Shown here: positions 54,594-63,079 of the stretch, in pieces
Numbering within the stretch: position 1 is the stretch's first letter
Layout of the letters: each line of letters starts with the position of its first letter
Assembly: GCA_963847465.1 (NCBI GenBank)
Contig: CAWKAF010000021.1
Location: forward strand, 44,134 to 108,133
DNA: 64,000 bases
Direction: 5' to 3'
Origin: an uncultured delta proteobacterium
GTDB lineage: Bacteria > Myxococcota_A > Polyangia > Polyangiales > Polyangiaceae
Notes under the pieces: model-generated
Seen by the model: the letters and a program-made list of their open reading frames with translations, nothing else
Databases searched by the model: none
Told to the model about the DNA's origin: nothing
Program-made: the position numbers and the translations under genes

Positions 54594-55661
54594 CTAGAAC
54601 CTCCCCATGGCCCACGCCCCCGTGGGCGAGAGCACCAGCGCCGCCCCCGCGCCGCGCGGGTGACTCGTCGCGAGCAACACGACCCCCGTCGCCGCGCCCA
54701 CGATCGCCACGGGCAGGAACACGTTGACGAGCGTGCTGGCCGTGCTGCCTTTGCTCGTGTCGGACTGGACCGCCTGCTTGTTCGACGCGGGGCACATCCA
54801 CCCGTTGTCGTTGGTGCAGCCGTCGCTCGTCAAACCGCTGACGGCCGATTGACGGACCACCACGCTGACGATTGTCCCGATGACCCCCGCGGCGCCCACG
54901 CCGAACGCGACCCACGCCCCCGTGCGACGCGTCGAGTCCGTGTGAACGTCGTCGGTCTCCGCGGGCGCGGGCGCGGACTCGGGCGCCAGCGCGGGCACCG
55001 GCGCGGGCGCGGGCCCTGACGCGGCCTCCCCCGGCCCGACCACCACCACCCGCAGCGCCACCCGCTGGGTCTCCCCCGCCGCCAGCTGCACCACGCGCTC
55101 CTCTGGCGCGCTCACCCGCGGCCCCTCCACGCGCACCACATAGCGCCCCGGGTCCCTCTCGAGCTGCGTGCCGAGAAGCCCGGGTGCGACCACCTCCCCG
55201 TTGAGCCTCACCTCGATGCCCTCGCTCGAAGCCGACGCGCCCCCGGCCGCGACCGCGTTCACGTCGAGTGTCAACGTCGCCAGCTTCGGCGCGAGCCGCG
55301 CGGCGGCCTCGTCGGCGTCGCGCGGCCAGCCGTCGTACTTGCGGTCGTCGACCGTGATGAGCGCGCGCTTGAGGTCGAGCCACGCGCGGCGCGACGACGC
55401 AAAGTGGCCGACGGCCTCCTCGCACTCGGCCGTGTTGCGCAGGCTGCCGAGGCCCGCGGGATAGAGCTCGTACGCCTTGCGAAAGAGCGGGATGGCGCTC
55501 CCGCAGTCGCCCTTGGCGCGCAGGTCGCGCCCGCGGGAGAAAAGGTCCTTCGCGTCCGCGACGGAGTCGGCGCGGGCTGCCGACGGCACGAACACCGAGA
55601 GCACCGTCGCCCCGAGGAGCGAAACGACAAGAGAGCGCAGTCTCACCGCAGCGTCCGTCAA
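54594..55661 (-). CDS. secreted/membrane-anchored protein with a TPR-like N-terminus, a PEGA-like beta segment and a C-terminal TM region
   Basis: ORF 54594..55661 has a signal peptide and AKDLFSRGRDLRAKGDCGSAIPLFRKAYELYP. RYVVRVEGPRVSAPEERVVQLAAGETQRVALRV is PEGA-like. It is co-oriented 45 nt downstream of the kinase gene. Confidence 0.5.
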   Translation of the reverse strand: MTDAAVRLRSLVVSLLGATVLSVFVPSAARADSVADAKDLFSRGRDLRAKGDCGSAIPLFRKAYELYPAGLGSLRNTAECEEAVGHFASSRRAWLDLKRALITVDDRKYDGWPRDADEAAARLAPKLATLTLDVNAVAAGGASASSEGIEVRLNGEVVAPGLLGTQLERDPGRYVVRVEGPRVSAPEERVVQLAAGETQRVALRVVVVGPGEAASGPAPAPVPALAPESAPAPAETDDVHTDSTRRTGAWVAFGVGAAGVIGTIVSVVVRQSAVSGLTSDGCTNDNGWMCPASNKQAVQSDTSKGSTASTLVNVFLPVAIVGAATGVVLLATSHPRGAGAALVLSPTGAWAMGRF

Positions 55662-55706
55662 CGGATCGTAGCTGGCTCGATTCTGGATAGTCGAGGTTCG
55701 CTCAGC

Positions 55707-57107
55707 TCAAAGCACGTCGCTCTTGTCGCGCGGCTTCGCGGGGGACCGAGGAGGCGCGGGCGATGGCGCCGGCGCCGGGGTGGGAGTGGCGGGCGCGAGC
55801 GTGGGCGGCTGGGAGGGGACCACCGGCACCACCGGTCCGCGCGCAGCGGAGATGGGGTGCCCCGGCGCCCGCGGAAGGGAAGACACGGCGAGGGACGGCT
55901 GCTCTTCGTCCGCGACTTGTGGCTGCGCCGGCGGTGCGACCGGCGTCACGCTGGGCGCGGACGCCATCGCGCTCGGAGCGCTCGGCGCCACGGCCTCGGC
56001 GCCCGCGGGGTGAGAGAGCGCGTGCCACACCACCCCCAGGGCCACGAGGCCCAGAGCCGCTCCGACCAGCGCCAGGGAGACGGCGCGAACCTTCCCGCGT
56101 CGCCGCGGCCGCAGCGCGTTCGTCTTGGCATCGGACACCTCGGGAGGGGCGGGCTCCATCTCGTCGAAGGCGTTCGACACCGCCGGACTCGATCCGGAGG
56201 CATCCGGCGAGGCGCCAACATCCGCGGCCTTCGCGAAGTCCTGAGCCAGCTCCGACGCGCTCGCGTACCGGTTCTCGATCCGTTCGGCGAAGGCTCGGGC
56301 GAAGAACTCCGAGAGCTGCGGAGGAACGTCGGGGATGCGCTCGCTCAGCGGAACGAGGCGCCCGGCGCAGAGGTTCCTGAGGAGCTCCTGCACGTCGGCC
56401 CCCTCCATCGGGAGGGTTCCGGACAGCGCCTCGTAGGCCATGACCGAGAGCGCCCACACGTCGCACCGGTGATCGAGCTTCTCCGAAGCGAACGCCTGCT
56501 CTGGGCTCATGTAGCCCGGAGTGCCGAAGACGATCCCGCGAGCCGTGGCGAAGGGTCCGCGCACTCGATGGGCGTGGATGGCGCGCGCGATGCCGAAGTC
56601 GAGCACCTTGACGAGGCGCCGCCCTTCCTCGTCGTGCGACACGAACACGTTGGCGGGCTTGAGATCGCGGTGGAAGACGCCCTCGGCGTGCGCGTGGGTG
56701 AGCGCTCGCGCGATCTGGGTGACGATGTCGGCGACGACGTCGACGGGCAGCCGCCCCTTCTCGAGCATCGAGTCGAGCGTGTGGCCCTCGAGCAGCTCCA
56801 TGACGAGGTAGGCGAGCCCGTTCTCTTCGCCGTGATCCGTCACGCGCACGATGTGTCGGGTCTTTCGCGACAGGCGCGCGGCGATCTGCGCTTCGAAGCG
56901 GAACCTCGCGGCGGCCTGCGCGCTGTCCTCGACGACCTCGCCGTCGAGGCTGCTCGTGAGGAGCTTGAGTGCGACGTGCTCACCCAGCGTGCGATGGTGC
57001 GCGACCCAGACTTCGCCCATCGAGCCACGCCCGAGGAGGCGCACGAGCTCGAATTTTCCGGCGACGACGTGTCCGACGTCGATCCCTGGGCTCACCAAGA
57101 CACTCAT
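55707..57107 (-). CDS. Hanks-type Ser/Thr protein kinase with a Pro-rich, TM-containing C-terminal region
   Basis: ATG 57107 inside ORF 55707..57149. The kinase motifs are GRGSMGEVWVAHH...VALK, HRDLKPANVFV, DFGIAR and GTPGYMSPEQ. Confidence 0.85.
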   Translation of the reverse strand: MSVLVSPGIDVGHVVAGKFELVRLLGRGSMGEVWVAHHRTLGEHVALKLLTSSLDGEVVEDSAQAAARFRFEAQIAARLSRKTRHIVRVTDHGEENGLAYLVMELLEGHTLDSMLEKGRLPVDVVADIVTQIARALTHAHAEGVFHRDLKPANVFVSHDEEGRRLVKVLDFGIARAIHAHRVRGPFATARGIVFGTPGYMSPEQAFASEKLDHRCDVWALSVMAYEALSGTLPMEGADVQELLRNLCAGRLVPLSERIPDVPPQLSEFFARAFAERIENRYASASELAQDFAKAADVGASPDASGSSPAVSNAFDEMEPAPPEVSDAKTNALRPRRRGKVRAVSLALVGAALGLVALGVVWHALSHPAGAEAVAPSAPSAMASAPSVTPVAPPAQPQVADEEQPSLAVSSLPRAPGHPISAARGPVVPVVPSQPPTLAPATPTPAPAPSPAPPRSPAKPRDKSDVL

Positions 57108-57147
57108 GTTAGCGCCTCGGTCCCAAAGTCGCGCTATATTGAACGCC

Positions 57148-57462
57148 ATGAAGGAGCGCTCTCACGCGAGCTCCAGGGCCGTGTCCCAGGTCAGCCACGC
57201 GGCCGAAGATCCGCACGCGTTTGCGATCGGGGTAGGCGAGAACATCCGCCGAGCGCGGCAGGCGAATGGGTGGACGCAGGTCGAGCTCGCCGAGGCCGCG
57301 GGCCTGTCTCCGAACTACGTGGCGCGGCTCGAGCGGGGCGAGCTCGGCCCGTCCTTCTACGTGGCCAACCAGCTCTGCGAGACGCTCGAGATCGACGTCA
57401 ACGAGCTCTTGCACGGCGCGGTCCCGCCCGCGCGAACGACGCGTCGGCGGCTGATCGGCTAG
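57148..57462 (+). CDS. XRE-family helix-turn-helix transcriptional regulator
   Basis: ATG 57148 inside ORF 56851..57462. IGENIRRARQANGWTQVELAEAAGLSPNYVARLERGE is a canonical Cro/C1-type HTH. It is divergent from the kinase gene with a 40-bp spacer. Confidence 0.75.
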   Translation: MKERSHASSRAVSQVSHAAEDPHAFAIGVGENIRRARQANGWTQVELAEAAGLSPNYVARLERGELGPSFYVANQLCETLEIDVNELLHGAVPPARTTRRRLIG

Positions 57463-58736
57463 GGCTCGACCGCGAGGGGTGCGGGCGCGCGAGCCGGCAT
57501 TCGGCGGAAGAGGCGCAGCGCCAGGGCGAGGCCCAGAAGGTTGAAGCACGCGGCCGCCAGGAACGGCGCTCCAGGGATGTGCGGGCGCGCGGTCGCCGGT
57601 CCGAAGCGCGCGAGGAGATCGGTGCCGAGGAGCGGCGCCACGATGGCTGCGAGCCCGGCCAGGCTGTTGAGCGACCCTTGAAGCTCACCTTGCTCGGACG
57701 GACCCACCTCTCGCGTGATGAGCGCCTGCGTCGCCGGCCCGGCGAGCCCGGCCAGCGCAAAGGGAAAGAGCATCGCGTACATGATCCACCCGTGCTGCGC
57801 GACGCCGAAGCCGAAGTGTCCGAGGGCGCCCAGGCTCAGCGCGAGCAAGAGCGCGCGCCGCTCCCCGAGAGGCGGGAGAATGGCGCGTATCAGCACCCCC
57901 TGCACGAGCGCCGTCGACACGCCGACGACCATCAGAGAGAGCCCCACCTCGTGCAAGCTCCAGCCGAAGCGCTCCTGGTTGGAGAGCGCCCAGACGCTCT
58001 GCAGGATCCATTGCGCGACGAACCCGCACGCCATCGTGCCCGTCAGGCCGAGGACGATCGGATGACGCCCGAGGTTCTTGAGGGAGCCCAACGGGTTGGC
58101 GCGACGAAACGAGAACGCGCGCCGGTCTTCGCGCCGCAGCGACTCCGGTAGGACGAAGATGCCGTAGAGGAGGTTGACGAAGTTGAGCCCCGCGGCCGCG
58201 AAATAGGGAACGCGGAGGCCGTACTCGCCGAGGAGGCCGCCGACGGCGGGGCCGATGATGAAGCCGAGGCCGAACGCGGCTCCGATGAGGCCGAAGCTCT
58301 GCGCGCGCTTCTCGGGCGGCGTCACGTCGGCCACGTACGCGTTCGCGGCGGAGAAGCTCGCCGCGGTGGTGCCCGCGATGACGCGACCCACGATCAGCCA
58401 CGACAGCGCGGGGGCAAAGCCGCTGAGAAGGTGGCTGAACGACGCGCCGAGGAGGGACCCGAGAATCACAGCCCGCCGCCCGAAGCGGTCGCTCAACCCG
58501 CCGAGGATGGGGGCGAACGCGAACTGCATCACCGAGTAGATCGAGACGAGGACCCCGAACCAGTGCGACGCGGCGCCGAGGTCGTCGTGGAGGAAGCTCG
58601 CCACGAGCCTCGGGCCGACGGGGATGATGATCCCGATCCCGAGCGTATCGAGCAGCACCGTCACGAAGATGAACAGCGTGCCTTGTCTCTTGGGGCTTGC
58701 CGTCGTGGCCACGTTATTCAACTCGGAGCTCCGCAC
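57459..58736 (-). CDS. MFS transporter (DHA1/TetA-like)
   Basis: ORF 57459..58736 with a GTG start (alternative GTG at 58712). It has 12 hydrophobic spans and the MFS motif [11 protein letters not shown]. Confidence 0.8.
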   Translation of the reverse strand: MRSSELNNVATTASPKRQGTLFIFVTVLLDTLGIGIIIPVGPRLVASFLHDDLGAASHWFGVLVSIYSVMQFAFAPILGGLSDRFGRRAVILGSLLGASFSHLLSGFAPALSWLIVGRVIAGTTAASFSAANAYVADVTPPEKRAQSFGLIGAAFGLGFIIGPAVGGLLGEYGLRVPYFAAAGLNFVNLLYGIFVLPESLRREDRRAFSFRRANPLGSLKNLGRHPIVLGLTGTMACGFVAQWILQSVWALSNQERFGWSLHEVGLSLMVVGVSTALVQGVLIRAILPPLGERRALLLALSLGALGHFGFGVAQHGWIMYAMLFPFALAGLAGPATQALITREVGPSEQGELQGSLNSLAGLAAIVAPLLGTDLLARFGPATARPHIPGAPFLAAACFNLLGLALALRLFRRMPARAPAPLAVEP

Positions 58737-59946
58737 CCTTTGCCTCGCGGCCTGCGAGGGTCACCACCAGGAGGACGACCGCAGCGATGCCGATGGTCCA
58801 CGAGAGGACGAGGGCATAGTCGTTGCCGCGCGCGTGCGCGAGGCCCGCCTGCACCGGCGCCATCTTCGAGACCGCCAGATTCCCGAGCTGGTAGGCAAAG
58901 CCGGGCAAGATCGCCCGCACGGAGGGCGGCGAGAGTTCGTTCAGGTGCGCCGGGACGACGCCCCACGCCCCCTGCACCATGAACTGCATCGCGAATCCGC
59001 CGACGGCGAACATCGGGGCCCCCCTCGAATACGCCCAGAGAGGGATCGCCGGCAGCACCAGCATCGCCGCCAGAGCGATCGCCCGCCGGCGACCGATGCG
59101 GCCGGAAAGCGCCCCGAAGAAGATGCCGCCGGCGAGTGCGCCCAGGCTGTAGACGATGGCTATCGTCCCGGTCGTCGCGGTGTCGAAGCCGTGCTGCACC
59201 TGGAGGAAGGTCACGTAGAGGTCCTGCGAGCCGTGACTCAGGGCGTTGAAGCAGGCCATGAGGAGCACCAGAAAGAGCAGCCGCGGGAAGTGCCTGACCA
59301 CCGCCGCGCGGACTTCGGTCGGCGAGGCGCCCTTGCTGTGGGCGCCGGCGAGCCACGCCGGCGACTCCTCGACGGTGCGACGTATGTAGAAGACGAGGAG
59401 CGCTGGCGCAGCGCCCGCGATAAACATCCCGCGCCAGCCAATCCGGTCGAAGAAGAACCTGAAGACGACCGCTGCCAGGAGGTAGCCGAGCACGTAGCCC
59501 TCCTGGAGCAGCCCGGAGAAGAAGCCTCGGTTCTTCGACGGCAGCGTCTCCAGCGCGAGCGCCGCGCCGATGCCCCACTCGCCGCCCATCGCGAGCCCGA
59601 AGAGCGCGCGAAGGACGAGCAGCGTCGTCAAGCTGGGCGCGAAGGCCGACGAGAGCTCGCACAGCGAGTAGCTGACGACGTTGATCATCAGGATGGGCCG
59701 CCGCCCGTACCGCTCGGCCAGGTAGCCGAAGAAGAGGGCGCCGATGGGTCGCATCGCGAGGGTCCAGAAGATCCCCTCTGCGACGGCGGCGACGCTCGCG
59801 TGAAACTCCCGCGCGATGGACGACACGGCGAACGTGAAAAGAAAGAAATCGAAGGCGTCGAGCGCCCAGCCGGCGAGCGAGGCGAAGAACGCGTGACGCT
59901 GGGGCCGTGTCAGCTCGCCGAAGGGTGTCGAGAACTGGAGGGCCAT
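58714..59946 (-). CDS. MFS transporter (metabolite:H+ symporter-like)
   Basis: ORF 58714..59946 (ATG). LAGWALDAFDFFLFTFAV, YLAERYGRRP and LSGRIGRRRA are motif A-like in both halves. Confidence 0.8.
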   Translation of the reverse strand: MALQFSTPFGELTRPQRHAFFASLAGWALDAFDFFLFTFAVSSIAREFHASVAAVAEGIFWTLAMRPIGALFFGYLAERYGRRPILMINVVSYSLCELSSAFAPSLTTLLVLRALFGLAMGGEWGIGAALALETLPSKNRGFFSGLLQEGYVLGYLLAAVVFRFFFDRIGWRGMFIAGAAPALLVFYIRRTVEESPAWLAGAHSKGASPTEVRAAVVRHFPRLLFLVLLMACFNALSHGSQDLYVTFLQVQHGFDTATTGTIAIVYSLGALAGGIFFGALSGRIGRRRAIALAAMLVLPAIPLWAYSRGAPMFAVGGFAMQFMVQGAWGVVPAHLNELSPPSVRAILPGFAYQLGNLAVSKMAPVQAGLAHARGNDYALVLSWTIGIAAVVLLVVTLAGREAKGAELRVE

Positions 59947-60009
59947 CGTCGTGCCGCGAGTTTCTTCACTATCACGAGCGCGCTGCTCGGCGCGCCCGCA
60001 CGCCCGAAT

Positions 60010-60055
60010 GTCGAACCCAAAGTCGAACCCCCCAAAGTCGAACCCAATGTCGAAG
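60010..60055 (+). repeat. four direct repeats of GTCGAA(CCC) spaced 12, 15 and 12 nt apart
   Basis: aatGTCGAACCCaaaGTCGAACCCcccaaaGTCGAACCCaatGTCGAAGtc. It lies 64-110 nt upstream of the MFS gene start (59946, minus strand) and abuts a TTGACG hexamer at 60063-60068. Confidence 0.7.
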
Positions 60056-60278
60056 TCGTCACTTGACGATTCGCGATCGCGGCGCTAAGCACTCAATCAT
60101 GGTGTTCGCGAATCATTGTGGAACCATGGCGATGTGCGCCAGGCCTAATCCGATGTCGCTCCGTCACGCGCCGCTTAGTCTCTATTCGACGATGAAGCGC
60201 AGTGCGGCGCGCGTAGCGACGATTTGGCGCCCGAGGGCGCTACCCTAGGCAAAGCTTTTCCGGCGCAATAGCGCAGCA

Positions 60279-60317
60279 AAGGCCGCCCGGGGAAACCCGA
60301 GGCGGCCTTCGGTTTTT
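60279..60317 (+). terminator. strong Rho-independent terminator with no annotated gene upstream
   Basis: AAGGCCGCC-CGGG-GAAA-CCCG-a-GGCGGCCTT pairs 13 bp in total with a GAAA loop. It is followed by CGGTTTTTCT. Confidence 0.7.
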
Positions 60318-60416
60318 CTGGCTTTCGAATCGACGGATCGTCGGCTTGTTCCGGCAGCCCGCGCATGTAGGCTGGCCTGTCCGGGGCATGCCTCGAGCCG
60401 AGTCGGGAGGCGTGTC

Positions 60417-60869
60417 ATGTTCTTGCCCAAATCGCATATTCACCTCGATGCCGACGACCTGACTCGATCGGCCGCATTCTACGAAGCCCTCCTCGGCAGC
60501 CCGCCCTCGCGCCGGAGTGGCAGTGTGGCGATCTTCGAGTTCGACTCGCCGCCCCTGGTCCTCACGCTCGAGCAGCGTCCGCCCAGGGAGCGGCCCCGGG
60601 TCTCTCCGGCGGCCAATGCGAGGCCCGGTCGCCGGCGCTCCGACCCGGATCTCGCGCTTCGCGCGTCTCCGCGGTTCGCGCTGGTCGTGAACGAGCCCCA
60701 GCAGGTGGGGTATGCGGCGATCGCCCTTCGTCGCGCGGGCGTGCAGCTCCGGCTGGAGGACGAGGGCATCGAGGCCAAGGACCCCGACGGCAACGCGTGG
60801 CGGGTGCGTTTCGTCCCGTCCGCGAAGGGTCGCGCCGTCGTCGCTCCCGGAGAGGAAGGACCTCGATGA
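60417..60869 (+). CDS. VOC (glyoxalase/bleomycin-resistance/dioxygenase) family protein
   Basis: ORF 60417..60869 is preceded by GGGAGG. HIHLDADDLTRSAAFYEALLG and FALVVNEPQQV...LEDEGIEAKDPDGNAWRV fit the paired beta-alpha-beta-beta-beta module. It contains an unusual Arg/Pro-rich insert. Its stop overlaps the next start (ATGA). Confidence 0.5.
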   Translation: MFLPKSHIHLDADDLTRSAAFYEALLGSPPSRRSGSVAIFEFDSPPLVLTLEQRPPRERPRVSPAANARPGRRRSDPDLALRASPRFALVVNEPQQVGYAAIALRRAGVQLRLEDEGIEAKDPDGNAWRVRFVPSAKGRAVVAPGEEGPR

Positions 60870-62152
60870 GCGCGTCGACGAAGGACGAGAAGACCGTCTT
60901 CGGGGTGCTTCTCGCGATCTGCTCGTGCCACCTGATAAACGACATGCTGCAGTCGCTCCTCCTGGCCGTCTATCCGACGCTCAAGGCGGCGTTCCATCTG
61001 AGCTTCGCCCAGATAGGGCTCGTCACCCTCGCGTATCAGCTGACGGCTTCGCTCCTGCAGCCCGTCGTTGGGGTGTACGCGGACCGGAGGCCGACGCCCT
61101 TCTCGCTACCCATCGGAACGCTCTTCACGTTCGCGGGGCTACTCGTCCTGGCCACCGCGAGGACGTATCCCGTCCTTCTCGTGGGGGCGAGCATCCTGGG
61201 TATAGGGTCCTCGGTATTTCATCCCGAGTCGTCCCGCGTCGCGCGCATGGCGTCGGGCGGGCGTCCGGGCCTCGCGCAGTCGCTGTTTCAGGTCGGCGGC
61301 AACGTCGGGTCGGCGCTCGGGCCGATCGGCGCGGCGGTCGTCGTCCTTCGGTGGGGGCAGCGCGGGCTGGGGGCGTTCTCGGTCCTGGCTCTGGTCTCCA
61401 CGGCGATCCTCGTCGGGGTGGGCCTTTGGTACAAGCGCCACGGCCTGCAGCGGCTGACCGGAGGGCGGGGCGAGACGCGCGTATCGGCCGCGGGCCTCTC
61501 GCCGGCGGACGTGACGAGGTCGATGGCCGTGCTGCTCGTGCTCATCTTCTCGAAGTTCGTCTATCTGGCCAGCTTCACGAGCTACTACACGTTCTATCTG
61601 ATGCACCGCTTCGGCATCTCGGTGGGAAGCGCGCAGGTTCACCTCTTCATCCTGCTCGCGGCGGCGGCCGCGGGGACGCTGGCCGGCGGCCCTCTGGGAG
61701 ACCGCTTCGGCCGCAAGCACGTCATATGGTTCTCCGTGCTCGGCGTCCTCCCGTTCACGCTCGTCTTGCCGTACGCCGACCTTTTCTGGACCGGCGCGCT
61801 GAGTGTGATGATCGGCTTCGTGCTGGCTTCCGCGTTCCCGGCGATCGTCGTCTACGGGCAGGAGCTCATTCCGGGCAGGGTGGGAATGGTGTCGGGTCTC
61901 TTCTTCGGGCTGTCGTTCGGTGCGGCGGGGTCGGGCGCGGCGCTCCTCGGACGGCTGGCCGACGTCACGAGCATCGAGCACGTCTACCGGCTGTGCTCCG
62001 TCCTGCCCGCCCTCGGAATGCTCGCGGCCCTTCTGCCGAGCATCCAGACGAAGCCCGCGGTTTACGGACGGTACTCGGCGGTCGCGTCGAAGCGGAGCAC
62101 GCGGGAGCAGGCGCTCGGCCCTACCGAGCCGCGGCATTCGTCCTCGCCGTGA
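60866..62152 (+). CDS. MFS transporter of the Fsr (fosmidomycin-resistance-like) type
   Basis: ATG 60866 inside ORF 60797..62152. VLLAICSCHLINDMLQSLLLAVYP...LSFAQIGLVTLAYQLTASLLQPVVGVYADRRP resembles Fsr-family N-termini as I recall them. The last ~90 nt overlap the convergent ORF 62062..62436. Confidence 0.7.
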   Translation: MSASTKDEKTVFGVLLAICSCHLINDMLQSLLLAVYPTLKAAFHLSFAQIGLVTLAYQLTASLLQPVVGVYADRRPTPFSLPIGTLFTFAGLLVLATARTYPVLLVGASILGIGSSVFHPESSRVARMASGGRPGLAQSLFQVGGNVGSALGPIGAAVVVLRWGQRGLGAFSVLALVSTAILVGVGLWYKRHGLQRLTGGRGETRVSAAGLSPADVTRSMAVLLVLIFSKFVYLASFTSYYTFYLMHRFGISVGSAQVHLFILLAAAAAGTLAGGPLGDRFGRKHVIWFSVLGVLPFTLVLPYADLFWTGALSVMIGFVLASAFPAIVVYGQELIPGRVGMVSGLFFGLSFGAAGSGAALLGRLADVTSIEHVYRLCSVLPALGMLAALLPSIQTKPAVYGRYSAVASKRSTREQALGPTEPRHSSSP

Positions 62153-62436
62153 AACGACGTCTCGTGCGTCCGGAGGGCGCGCATCACGGTGGAGGTCAGG
62201 TCGTGTTCGCCGTCGGCGCAGCGGGGATCGCCGCACTGGACGAGGAAGAGGGCGGGAGCCTGGTCGATCACGACACGCCGGGTGTGCGTGTTCCCCCCCA
62301 CATCGGTGCGATCCTCGATATCGAGCCGAAGGCTCAGCAGGTCGGGCACCTGCTCGCGTAGGCGGGGCGCGTCGTCCTCGCGGCGGCGCCGCTCGGCAAA
62401 TCGTTGAGCTTGCGGGCTATTTCTGCGGTAGTTCAT
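62062..62436 (-). CDS. hypothetical small protein with conserved-looking Cys/His residues
   Basis: ORF 62062..62442, ATG at 62436. MNYRRNSPQAQRFAERRRRED...LVQCGDPRCADGEHDL...SFHGEDECRG suggests a possible zinc-binding motif. I do not recognise any family. Confidence 0.45.
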   Translation of the reverse strand: MNYRRNSPQAQRFAERRRREDDAPRLREQVPDLLSLRLDIEDRTDVGGNTHTRRVVIDQAPALFLVQCGDPRCADGEHDLTSTVMRALRTHETSFHGEDECRGSVGPSACSRVLRFDATAEYRP

Positions 62437-62485
62437 CGCCACGCGCCGAATATAACCATTACCGTGGCGCTTCGCTCGACTCGTG

Positions 62486-63079
62486 TCACGGCGCGAGCCG
62501 CTGCGGCACCCACACGTCGCCGCGACGCTGGTAACGGACGCGGTCGTGCAGGCGATCCTCGCCGCTCGTCCACAACTCCACGCTGCTCGCCCGCAGCCGG
62601 TAGCCGCCCCAGTTCGGGGGGCGCGGCACCTCTCCCCCGTGCAAGGACTCGTCGAGCCGCCGCCGTCTCTCGCGGAGGTCGTCCAGGTTCTCGATGGGCG
62701 CGCTCTGGGGGGAGACGCTTGCGGAGAGCTGGCTGCCGCGCGCTCGAGAGCGGAAGTACGCGTCGGACGCCGCGGCGGACAGGACCTCCACGTCGCCCTC
62801 GACGCGCACCTGATGCCGTGTGACCGCCCAGTGGAATGCGGCGGCGGCGTGGGGACGGCCGGCGAGCTCGTGGCCTTTGCGGCTGTCGTAGCTCGTGAAA
62901 AAGCAGATCCCCTGTTCGTCGATGCCGCGGCAGAGGACGAGGCGCACCGAGGGACGCCCGTCGGCGCCCACCGTCGCGAGCGACATCGCTTCCGGCTCGA
63001 GCGCCCCGGCGTCCCGGGCCTCTTTCAGCCACGTGGCGAGCGTCTCCAGCGGAGCGTAGGTGGGGGGTGAATGGATCAT
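62486..63079 (-). CDS. pdxH: pyridoxamine 5'-phosphate oxidase
   Basis: ATG 63079 inside ORF 62486..63520. MSLATVGADGRPSVRLVLCRGIDEQGICFFTSYDSRKG, RVEG, YFRSRARGSQLSASVSPQS and the C-terminal ELWTSGEDRLHDRVRY are collinear with PdxH. Length is 197 aa. Confidence 0.85.
   Translation of the reverse strand: MIHSPPTYAPLETLATWLKEARDAGALEPEAMSLATVGADGRPSVRLVLCRGIDEQGICFFTSYDSRKGHELAGRPHAAAAFHWAVTRHQVRVEGDVEVLSAAASDAYFRSRARGSQLSASVSPQSAPIENLDDLRERRRRLDESLHGGEVPRPPNWGGYRLRASSVELWTSGEDRLHDRVRYQRRGDVWVPQRLAP

Noticed and set aside
60120-60165. Resemblance of GGCGATGTGCGCC...CCTAATCCGATG to a fluoride (crcB) riboswitch
   Set aside because: Only the GGCGAUG start is shared. The conserved AAAC-GCC and GCUGAUG-CCUCUAC elements and the pseudoknot partners are absent.
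60570-60670. Arg/Pro-rich insert (RPPRERPRVSPAANARPGRRRSDPDLALRASP) in the VOC protein as a compensated double frameshift
   Set aside because: The two alternative frames over this stretch give no more protein-like sequence, and one contains a stop. Third-position G/C stays high in the annotated frame. I leave it as a possible disordered loop.
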